This document shows positions 9,165 through 15,933 of a DNA stretch of 64,000 bases, one piece after another. Position 1 is the stretch's first letter, and each line of letters starts with the position of its first letter. The translations under genes and the position numbers were made by a program. The notes beneath the pieces were generated by a model. It did no database searches. It was not told the origin of the DNA and saw only the letters and a program-made list of their open reading frames with translations. This stretch comes from a virus, in the IMG/VR virus record IMGVR_UViG_3300045391_000045, positions 1 to 64,000 of that record; one strand, written 5' to 3'.

Positions 9165-11000
9165 GTGGCGGGGCTATTGGCGTTTCTAATGTCATTTGAT
9201 TTTAACGACCTACTAAATATCCTGGACGGTGAAGATTTTGAAGAGCGTCCAGTGACCATTGAAGAATTTGTGCAGTCTGAGGATTACCTGGGGCTACCTC
9301 CCCTGTCCAAGTATCAGTACACCCTTATCAAAGCATCCACGCAGATTTACAAGCGTGAGACGTTGCATAACCTGTACGGGTTTGAGGAGGGTGAGAAGCG
9401 TTGGGCGCAGACCTGTAACGAAGTCATCTTCCAGCTTGGCAAGGGAAGTGGTAAGGACTACACTTCCACCATTGCCTGTGCTTACATCGTGTACTTGCTG
9501 CTGTGTCTAAAGGACCCGGCCAAGTATTATGGCAAGCCACCAGGAGACACAATCGATATTCTGAACATCGCTATTAACGCACAGCAGGCTACGAACGTCT
9601 TCTTCAAGGGCTTCAAGAACCGCATCGAGCGTTCGCCATGGTTCACAGGAAAGTATGATATCAAGAATGGTCAGGTAACCTTTGACAAGAATGTGAACGT
9701 TTATTCAGGTCACTCCGAGCGTGAGGCTTGGGAGGGATATAACGTTCTTTATGTTGTTCTTGACGAGATTTCCGGATTTGCTCTTGAATCTACTTCAGGA
9801 AATGAGCAGGCAAAGACTGCTGAGGCTGTCTATAAGATGTATAGAGCTTCAGTTTCATCACGATTCCCAGACTTTGGTAAGCTTGTGTTGCTTTCGTTCC
9901 CACGTTTCCGCGATGACTTTATTCAGCAGCGTTACAAGGCTGTAATTGCGGAGAAGGAAACAATTATTCGCAAGCACACATTTAAGCTGGACCCTGATTT
10001 GCCTGAGGGTACTGAAGGAAATGAGTTCTCAATTGAGTGGGAAGAGGACAACATTATCTCATACAAGACACCTAGAGTCTATGCACTCAAGCGTCCTACA
10101 TGGGAGGTTAATCCAACAAAGTCTATTGATGATTTCACTCGTGATTTCTTTGATGACCCGATTGATAGTTTGTCCAGATTCGCATGTATGCCGCCTGACG
10201 CTATCGACGCGTTCTTCAAGGACAGGCAGAAGATTGAGAAGGCTTTTTCTGCACAGGACACGCTAAATCCAGACAACACGTTCCGCCCCAACTTTATTCC
10301 GAACCCTGAGAAAAGGTACTATGTCCACGTAGACCTTGCTCGTGTTCACGACCATGCGGCAGTTGCTCTTGCTCACGTAGAAAAGTGGGAGCAGCGTAAT
10401 ATTGGTGGTAAGATGACGGAACCGGCACCGGTGGTCATTGTTGACCAGGTTCGTTTCTGGACACCATCCAAGACGAAGAACGTAGATTTTACTGACATTC
10501 GAGAATATATCCTGAGTCTCAAGAGACGTGGGTTCAATATCCGTCTCGTTACATTTGACCGCTGGGAGTCTCACGACACCATGCAGTATCTTAACGAGCG
10601 CGGGTTGAAGTCAGAAAGGCTATCTGTGGCAAAGAAGCACTATGACGACTTTGCTATGGTTATTGCTGAAGAAAGAGTGGTTGGTCCAGTAAATGAACTT
10701 CTAATTGAAGAGCTTTTGCAGCTTCGTATTATGAAGAATGACAAGGTTGACCACCCTCGTAAGGGTTCTAAGGACCTTGCTGACGCGGTTTGTGGAGCAA
10801 TCTTCAACGCTATCGCATATACTCCAAAGGAGGAGAATGAGGTAGTTGAGGTAAAGACTCTTGAATCTGTGAGACAGGAAGTTAGAAGAAACACTATCGA
10901 TGAGTATGAGCAAATGAAGAGTGATGGTGTGATTCGTGCCCCGAAGCGGAAGATGCCGAAGGAGCTTGAGGAATATCTTGCCAGAATCTCTACAATCTAG
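9165..11000 (+). CDS. terL: terminase large subunit
   Basis: Walker A GKGSGKDYTS, Walker B VVLDEISGF, C-terminal RNaseH-like nuclease region; GTG start. Confidence 0.85.
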   Translation: MAGLLAFLMSFDFNDLLNILDGEDFEERPVTIEEFVQSEDYLGLPPLSKYQYTLIKASTQIYKRETLHNLYGFEEGEKRWAQTCNEVIFQLGKGSGKDYTSTIACAYIVYLLLCLKDPAKYYGKPPGDTIDILNIAINAQQATNVFFKGFKNRIERSPWFTGKYDIKNGQVTFDKNVNVYSGHSEREAWEGYNVLYVVLDEISGFALESTSGNEQAKTAEAVYKMYRASVSSRFPDFGKLVLLSFPRFRDDFIQQRYKAVIAEKETIIRKHTFKLDPDLPEGTEGNEFSIEWEEDNIISYKTPRVYALKRPTWEVNPTKSIDDFTRDFFDDPIDSLSRFACMPPDAIDAFFKDRQKIEKAFSAQDTLNPDNTFRPNFIPNPEKRYYVHVDLARVHDHAAVALAHVEKWEQRNIGGKMTEPAPVVIVDQVRFWTPSKTKNVDFTDIREYILSLKRRGFNIRLVTFDRWESHDTMQYLNERGLKSERLSVAKKHYDDFAMVIAEERVVGPVNELLIEELLQLRIMKNDKVDHPRKGSKDLADAVCGAIFNAIAYTPKEENEVVEVKTLESVRQEVRRNTIDEYEQMKSDGVIRAPKRKMPKELEEYLARISTI

Positions 11001-11003
11001 GGG

Positions 11004-11033
11004 TTGACAGGGTACAGACGGGAGGGTTAGACT
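11004..11033 (+). promoter_or_regulatory. promoter TTGACA-N18-TAGACT downstream of terminase
   Basis: GGGTTGACAGGGTACAGACGGGAGGGTTAGACT. Confidence 0.45.
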
Positions 11034-11065
11034 AGAAACTAATTAAAACAATTAGTAGCAAAGAG

Positions 11066-11305
11066 ATGAAGATTACTCTAGTTAATACTAATGAAGAATG
11101 TGCGTGCGTAGGGAAGCATATCCCAAAGCCTCACAAGCTCTATCAGGTTGACTATGACGGTGGGACAGTGTACGTTTGTCCTACTGCCTACTCCAACTTG
11201 GTAGCTCTTGAGGAAGAGTATGCAAAGTACGGCGGGCTTCCGCCCGGCTCTGTACGCAAGCACTATTCAGAGTTTACACATAACCTCTACCGCCTCTTGA
11301 CATGA
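11066..11305 (+). CDS. hypothetical protein
   Basis: 79 aa ORF downstream of promoter at 11004. Confidence 0.45.
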   Translation: MKITLVNTNEECACVGKHIPKPHKLYQVDYDGGTVYVCPTAYSNLVALEEEYAKYGGLPPGSVRKHYSEFTHNLYRLLT

Positions 11306-11355
11306 CGGCGGGTGAGGGCTTAAGCTTCTAACACATCGAACGAAGGGAAACGAAA

Positions 11356-11643
11356 GTGTCCACTGTTGAAGAGCGTTTTGAGCTTGCCAAGGGTGCTGTT
11401 GAGGCAGTCTCTCAGGTGACTAAGGACATGCACGCAATTGGTGTGTATGACGAGCCTGAGTACAAGGCTGCTGCGGTATTGCTTATCACCCTGACTCGTG
11501 CTATGGTTGTTCTTGACCCTGAGGCGACGAGGCAGTACAGTAAGGAGTCTCTTGAGGCTGCTAAGACGGACATTCTTGCGAATCGTCCTGACCTTGCAAG
11601 TCTTTTTGAGAGTTCTAACAAGGTTGCTGGTCCTTACCTCTGA
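11356..11643 (+). CDS. hypothetical protein
   Basis: 95 aa ORF. Confidence 0.45.
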   Translation: MSTVEERFELAKGAVEAVSQVTKDMHAIGVYDEPEYKAAAVLLITLTRAMVVLDPEATRQYSKESLEAAKTDILANRPDLASLFESSNKVAGPYL

Positions 11644-11741
11644 TTGCACAAATCGGCTGGTTATGGTAGACTGAAATTGCAGGTTGAGGCTAAGGCGTAT
11701 AGACTTGCTATCGAGTGAGGCCGCTCGTAACAACGGCCAAT

Positions 11742-11812
11742 GTGGATATAGTGAAGTGGTATAACGGGTGTTTTGGGAACATCTGACGTCGGTTCGATTC
11801 CGGCTATCCGCA
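11742..11812 (+). tRNA. tRNA-Pro (anticodon TGG)
   Basis: manual cloverleaf: acceptor GTGGATA/TATCCGC, anticodon stem GGTGT/ACATC, loop TTTGGGA, T-arm GTCGG-TTCGATT-CCGGC. Confidence 0.55.
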
Positions 11813-11997
11813 CGATGGGGAATGTGGAATCTCTCCAGGAGTATCAATCACCCCTATATTAATGGGGAGCGCATGAGAGGATACGAAAACGATACCTAGG
11901 GGACGCCCGGCGTAGTATTGTGTCGATTCCACAAGCTCATTCAATGTGCATTGAAGAACCTCGGTATAGGCACACCGGGCGAAAGAAGTGCCTGCTT

Positions 11998-12071
11998 CGG
12001 GATATGGCGCAGTTTGGTAGCGCGGCGCGTTTGGGGCGCGATGGACGGGGGTTCAAATCCCTCTATCCCGA
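11998..12071 (+). tRNA. tRNA-Pro (anticodon TGG), second copy
   Basis: acceptor CGGGATA/TATCCCG perfect, D-stem GCGC/GCGC, loop TTTGGGG, T-arm GGGGG-TTCAAAT-CCCTC. Confidence 0.6.
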
Positions 12072-12119
12072 CAACTGTTCAAGTCTGCAACATATATTTG
12101 AATGTGGTACAATTCTTAT

Positions 12120-12458
12120 ATGCAAACTGAAGCACAGAAGGCTGCCAAGGCAGCACATTATCAGGCAAATAAGGAAGCGTACAAAGCAAGATTTACAGCT
12201 CGTAAGCGATTGTTTTCTAGAATTGCGGTAGAGCTGAAAACGTTTAACCCGTGTATGGATTGTAAGAACTACTTCCATCCATGCGCAATGCAGTTTGACC
12301 ATCGTCCAGGAACAAATAAGCTTTTCCATGTCTCTGATTATGGAAAATTTAGTTCAGTAGTAAAGTTTCTGGAAGAGATTGATAAGTGTGACCTAGTATG
12401 TGCAAACTGTCATGCAGTTAGAACATATACTCGGCGGGTTGAAGAAGACTCTCAATAA
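12120..12458 (+). CDS. HNH endonuclease
   Basis: HNH motif FDHRPGTNKLFHV...CANCHAV. Confidence 0.6.
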   Translation: MQTEAQKAAKAAHYQANKEAYKARFTARKRLFSRIAVELKTFNPCMDCKNYFHPCAMQFDHRPGTNKLFHVSDYGKFSSVVKFLEEIDKCDLVCANCHAVRTYTRRVEEDSQ

Positions 12459-12480
12459 ATTGCCATGCGAGGAAAGAGAT

Positions 12481-13002
12481 ATGAATGACATAATGACACG
12501 CGAGGAGCTTATCCTTGCGATTGAGGCTAGAGACGGTTTAGACTGTTTCTTGTGTAAGAAGCCATTTTCTAAGGATGTAAATAGTGAATGGCATGAGGTA
12601 ACCATTGACCACTGGTACCCACAGTCTGTAGCATATGCAGAGGGATGGACCTATGAGCAGGTCAATGACCTTTCAAACCTTAGAAAGGCTCACAGACCTT
12701 GTAATACTCAAAAGAGTGACATTGTTCCTAATCCAGATGGTACGCTTCCTGAGCGTCCAAAGAAGGATAGAACAATTCGGGTCCCTCGTCCAGTGTCATG
12801 TGATACTTGCATGAATGGTAGAATTCTTCTTCTTGGAGAGCTTTGCCCAGATTGTAATTCTGGACCACAACCGGCTGCATTTCCTAAGACGCTTCAGAAG
12901 CGACCAAAGGAATGTGACCACAGTAAGTTTCACTGTTGGATGTGTGTCATCGGACACATACCACGTAAGAGCGCTATCCAAGCGATAATAATTGGAGATT
13001 AA
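12481..13002 (+). CDS. HNH endonuclease
   Basis: CFLCKK...HEVTIDHWYPQS...NLRKAHRPCN; RBS GAGGAAAGAGAT. Confidence 0.6.
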   Translation: MNDIMTREELILAIEARDGLDCFLCKKPFSKDVNSEWHEVTIDHWYPQSVAYAEGWTYEQVNDLSNLRKAHRPCNTQKSDIVPNPDGTLPERPKKDRTIRVPRPVSCDTCMNGRILLLGELCPDCNSGPQPAAFPKTLQKRPKECDHSKFHCWMCVIGHIPRKSAIQAIIIGD

Positions 13003-13361
13003 TGTCTGAGTGGGATTGGCCACTGGAGTCATTTAAGGATGAGCCTGACAAGATTGAGAAGCACTATGCTGAACGTTCGAAGTCAGGCTTTTCCACATTT
13101 GACTGGTGGAATTTTGATACATACATTGCTGGAGTTATCGGCCGGGCTGTGAGAGAATTTGCATACGGTCATGGTTACCACAGTGACTTCACCAATATGG
13201 AAGATTTTGCGGCTTTTTGCAAGACAATCTACGAACCCCTTGAGTTTTACGCAAGCAAGGAGTACGGTAGACTTAAGTTCGATGAACAGGCAGTCAAGTA
13301 TGAAGAGGCTGTTGAGGCAATGAAGAAGTTTTCCGAGCGTCTTGGCGCTTGGTGGGACTGA
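13002..13361 (+). CDS. hypothetical protein
   Basis: 119 aa ORF. Confidence 0.45.
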   Translation: MSEWDWPLESFKDEPDKIEKHYAERSKSGFSTFDWWNFDTYIAGVIGRAVREFAYGHGYHSDFTNMEDFAAFCKTIYEPLEFYASKEYGRLKFDEQAVKYEEAVEAMKKFSERLGAWWD

Positions 13362-13363
13362 CT

Positions 13364-13393
13364 TGACAACCCCAGTCGTCAAGTGGTAAGGTA
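13364..13393 (+). promoter_or_regulatory. sigma70-like promoter TTGACA-N18-TAAGGT upstream of tRNA cluster
   Basis: TTGACA at 13364, TAAGGT at 13388. Confidence 0.45.
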
Positions 13394-13464
13394 GTAACAC
13401 GTCCACAGGAACCGACGAATTTGTTCCTCGCAGTTACATCTCTGCGATAGCAAAAGATGGCAAT

Positions 13465-13536
13465 GCTCATTGGTGTAATCGGCAGCACACGGGTCTCTGG
13501 AACCTTTAGTCCGAGTTCGAATCTTGGGTGAGCAGC
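13465..13536 (+). tRNA. tRNA-Gln (anticodon CTG)
   Basis: U1-A72 acceptor TGCTCAT/GTGAGCA (typical of bacterial tRNA-Gln), loop CTCTGGA, T-arm CCGAG-TTCGAAT-CTTGG. Confidence 0.55.
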
Positions 13537-13549
13537 TTTGCAAAACATA

Positions 13550-13620
13550 TCTCAGAGCGTAGGTTGTGTCGGTCGGTCTCCAAAACCGACTCGTGAGAGT
13601 TCGAATCTCTCCTGGGGTGC
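13550..13620 (+). tRNA. tRNA-Trp (anticodon CCA), degenerate D-arm
   Basis: anticodon arm TCGGT-CTCCAAA-ACCGA matches tRNA-Trp, T-arm GAGAG-TTCGAAT-CTCTC, acceptor ATCTCAG/CTGGGGT. Confidence 0.5.
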
Positions 13621-13749
13621 TTGACTTCCAAGTCTTGGAGGTGCTAAGATGGTATATAGATTGAAGGCGCTGTTCTTCAAGTTCCGCCCGGTGGTTGACA
13701 AGCTACTGAGCAGATGGTACGTTAGAAGAACAAAGTAAGCAACAAGCTT

Positions 13750-13868
13750 TCGGGTCGGCTGGATGAGGGTTATCTAACCTAAACAATTATACAGTCAATG
13801 GTAATTCCTGGTGGATTCCAGGGAGTGTGGTGACTATAACACCTCTCCCTCGCCAATAACATATCCGA
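13750..13868 (+). ncRNA. Y RNA-like / YrlA-related repeat unit a (GGGTCGG...TTATCTAAC...ACATATCCG), precedes tRNA-Ile
   Basis: shares 5' GGGTCGG, internal GGTTATCTAAC and 3' ACATATCCG motifs with six other units; multiple hairpins; Ro60 gene nearby. Confidence 0.45.
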
Positions 13869-13874
13869 AAACAA

Positions 13875-13949
13875 TGGGGTATAGCTCGGTCTGGTTAGAG
13901 CATTCCGCTGATAACGGAACGGTCGTCGGTTCAAATCCGACTGCCCCAA
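13875..13949 (+). tRNA. tRNA-Ile (anticodon GAT)
   Basis: D-stem GCTC/GAGC, anticodon arm TTCCG-CTGATAA-CGGAA, T-arm GTCGG-TTCAAAT-CCGAC, acceptor TGGGGTA/TGCCCCA. Confidence 0.6.
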
Positions 13950-13953
13950 CTTT

Positions 13954-14089
13954 ATGGGTCGGATTCAGTAGTTTAACTTAAATCCAAACCGCGTGTCCTA
14001 GGTTCGAATCCTAGTCCCGGCTTTCTTGTCGGGGTAGCTCAGTGGCAGAGCAGTGGTCCTTAAAAAACACTATTGAAACAACATATCCA
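13954..14089 (+). ncRNA. Y RNA-like (YrlA-like) unit b with permuted tRNA-like module (T-arm + 3' acceptor, 5-nt loop, 5' acceptor + D-arm)
   Basis: 13988-14022 ACCGC-GTGTC-CTAGG-TTCGAAT-CCTAG-TCCCGGC followed at 14028 by GTCGGGG-TA-GCTC-AGTGGCA-GAGC-A-GTGGT; acceptor halves pair 7/7, GTGGT pairs ACCGC 5/5. Confidence 0.55.
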
Positions 14090-14107
14090 TTAAATAACTT
14101 AAAATTT

Positions 14108-14249
14108 GCGGGTCGGAAGAATTCAGTTATCTTTCTACCACAAACAATCAGAAAACCGCAGGTTCGACTCCTCGGAGGGATGAATGTGAGAGGTCACAGC
14201 TAGGCATGAAGCTTAGTGAATCCAGCTTCTGAATTCTATAATATATCCG
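14108..14249 (+). ncRNA. Y RNA-like repeat unit c (degenerate T-arm-like element GGTTCGACTCC)
   Basis: 5' GGGTCGG, 3' ATATATCCG, internal ACCGC-AGGTTCGACTCC. Confidence 0.35.
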
Positions 14250-14257
14250 CAAAAGCT

Positions 14258-14355
14258 TTGGGTCGGATGAAGACGTTTATCGTAAGTTCAACTCTTATCA
14301 TCCCCCCTCATGGGGATGGGGCGTGGTGCCCACTCGTTTTCTACAACATACCCAT
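14258..14355 (+). ncRNA. Y RNA-like repeat unit d, precedes tRNA-Ser
   Basis: 5' GGGTCGGATG, hairpins ATCCCC-CCTCAT-GGGGAT and GGGC-GTGGT-GCCC, 3' ACATACCC. Confidence 0.35.
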
Positions 14356-14358
14356 TAT

Positions 14359-14445
14359 GGAAGGTCAATCCGATTGGCGACGGAACTTGTCTTGAAAACA
14401 AGCGAGGTGTGAAAGCCCTTAGGAGTTCGACTCTCCTACCTTCCG
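14359..14445 (+). tRNA. tRNA-Ser (anticodon TGA)
   Basis: acceptor GGAAGGT/ACCTTCC perfect, anticodon arm CTTGT-CTTGAAA-ACAAG, long variable arm, T-arm AGGAG-TTCGACT-CTCCT. Confidence 0.6.
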
Positions 14446-14730
14446 CTTTACCCTAAGGAGTAAAATTGACTGAGACAGAGAATGTCGGTCCTACATCGTA
14501 TCAGCTAGCAATCATCCTTGCACTTCAGAGCAAGCATGTATACGCTAACACAGTTAGTTACGATGAGATTGCACGACGACGTAAGGCAAGCAAGCGAGCG
14601 CGGCTACAGCGCAGAACAAACAGAAGGCTTGACACGACACGTCGCTCGTGATAAGGTTTTATTAGATGGTCGGCAAGCAGGGAAGAGAAGGCTACAGGAG
14701 CTTGAGCAACAACACCTTCCACCATCACAT

Positions 14731-14803
14731 GCGTCGTTAGTTCAGCGGTCAGAGCACTGCCCTGTCAAGGCAGAAGTCGCGGGTTCGAATCCCGTACGGC
14801 GCG
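14731..14803 (+). tRNA. tRNA-Asp (anticodon GTC)
   Basis: acceptor GCGTCGT/ACGGCGC, anticodon arm CTGCC-CTGTCAA-GGCAG, T-arm GCGGG-TTCGAAT-CCCGT. Confidence 0.6.
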
Positions 14804-14833
14804 CTTTCGTAAAGGAATAAAGAGGGAGTTCTA

Positions 14834-15034
14834 ATGGCACGAGTTAAGAAGTTTGACCTTGTTGAGCTTGACAAGGAAGGCTGGTTCTCTGCTAAGGTAA
14901 GTGGAAAGTTCCGGGGTTTGGTCGAGAAGACTGGACGAAGCAACTACACTCTTCACCTTGGCAAGAACGATGTAACTAACTTCAAGACTAAGAAGGCTCT
15001 TGAGACTTGGCTCACCGAGAAGTGGGCATCATAA
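14834..15034 (+). CDS. hypothetical protein
   Basis: 66 aa ORF with RBS AAAGAGGGAG. Confidence 0.45.
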   Translation: MARVKKFDLVELDKEGWFSAKVSGKFRGLVEKTGRSNYTLHLGKNDVTNFKTKKALETWLTEKWAS

Positions 15035-15052
15035 TTAAATATTGATAAACGT

Positions 15053-15114
15053 TCGGGTCGGATGTAATTGCTTATCTATTATGGGAATAAAACGCGATTA
15101 CTCTAACATATCCG
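15053..15114 (+). ncRNA. Y RNA-like repeat unit e (short)
   Basis: GGGTCGGATG...TTATCTATT...ACATATCCG. Confidence 0.3.
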
Positions 15115-15139
15115 TTCTAAACTTCTAGCCCTAACAATT

Positions 15140-15263
15140 TCGGGTCGGAGTTTCTTGGTTACCTTACTATGCATGAGAAGTTGTCGGTTCGAATCCGGCC
15201 GGGTCCATTCATGGGCCTGTAGTTTAATTGGCAAAACTTACACCGAGGAACGTTTCATATCCG
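15140..15263 (+). ncRNA. Y RNA-like (YrlA-like) unit f with permuted tRNA-like module
   Basis: 15183-15207 GTCGG-TTCGAAT-CCGGC-CGGGTCC-A, loop TTCAT, then 15213 GGGCCTG-TA-GTTT-AATTGGCA-AAAC; acceptor halves pair 7/7 with wobbles; bounded by GGGTCGG and CATATCCG. Confidence 0.5.
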
Positions 15264-15306
15264 TCTTAATTGTTAGGGCTAAGCTTTTGTCTAGAAAAGG
15301 AGAGAC

Positions 15307-15493
15307 AATGCCTCGCTACGAGAAGAAGGTCAAGATTAACGCAAACCTCGTAAAGAAGTATGACGAGGAATACTACCGAGTCCTTGACGATGTGCAGATG
15401 CGTGAGCTAAAGTTCAAGGGACATGTCCGGCCGGAAGGTAAGGTTGTTGAAACCAGGACACACATCATCAGCTATTACATTGAGGTGGATTGA
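15307..15493 (+). CDS. hypothetical protein
   Basis: 62 aa, RBS AAAAGGAGAGACA. Confidence 0.45.
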
Positions 15494-15494
15494 T

Positions 15495-15860
15495 ATGCTT
15501 AACTGGCTTGGCCAGGACGTAAAGGTAGGCTCTGTGGTTTTTCGCGGGGCTCGGCAAGGTAACTCTTCCAGTCACAAGATTGGTGTGGTAGAGTCTCTTA
15601 ACGAGAAGACGCGAAAGGCACGGGTGGCCTGGAAGTACGAGCTTGGTGTAGAGTGGATTCGTCCAGTCCAAGGACAGTCTTACTACCTTGAGTGCCCACA
15701 CAAGTTGAGTGAACGTGCAAAGGGGAGTCCTGACGTTGGTCCGCTTGTAGTTGTGCCCCATGGTCTGCTAACCTCAGCAGAGAACATGATTAAGGGTGCA
15801 GAGATGGCTAAGGCACAGAATGTACCATCACATGAGGTTGACAACTTCATTCAGATTTGA
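15495..15860 (+). CDS. hypothetical protein
   Basis: 121 aa, ATG overlaps upstream stop (TGATATG). Confidence 0.45.
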   Translation: MLNWLGQDVKVGSVVFRGARQGNSSSHKIGVVESLNEKTRKARVAWKYELGVEWIRPVQGQSYYLECPHKLSERAKGSPDVGPLVVVPHGLLTSAENMIKGAEMAKAQNVPSHEVDNFIQI

Positions 15861-15933
15861 TAATTTCATAGCCGGTAATACCGGCAAGCTTCCATAAACA
15901 ATATGCCCAAAATGGGCCGAAAGGATTAGAAAA

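Noticed and set aside
11650-11741. Possible additional tRNA upstream of first tRNA-Pro
   Set aside because: No T-loop or acceptor pairing could be folded
14028-14160. Reading unit b as a normal tRNA with an intron
   Set aside because: 5' half at 14028 has no matching 3' acceptor downstream (ACCAC then T-loop-like TTCGACT but T-stem and acceptor do not pair); the upstream 3' half pairs perfectly instead, so a permuted YrlA-like module explains the data better
14466-14820. ORFs 14466-14651 and 14518-14820
   Set aside because: Overlap tRNA-Asp and the repeat-rich spacer; Arg/Ser-rich shadow translation
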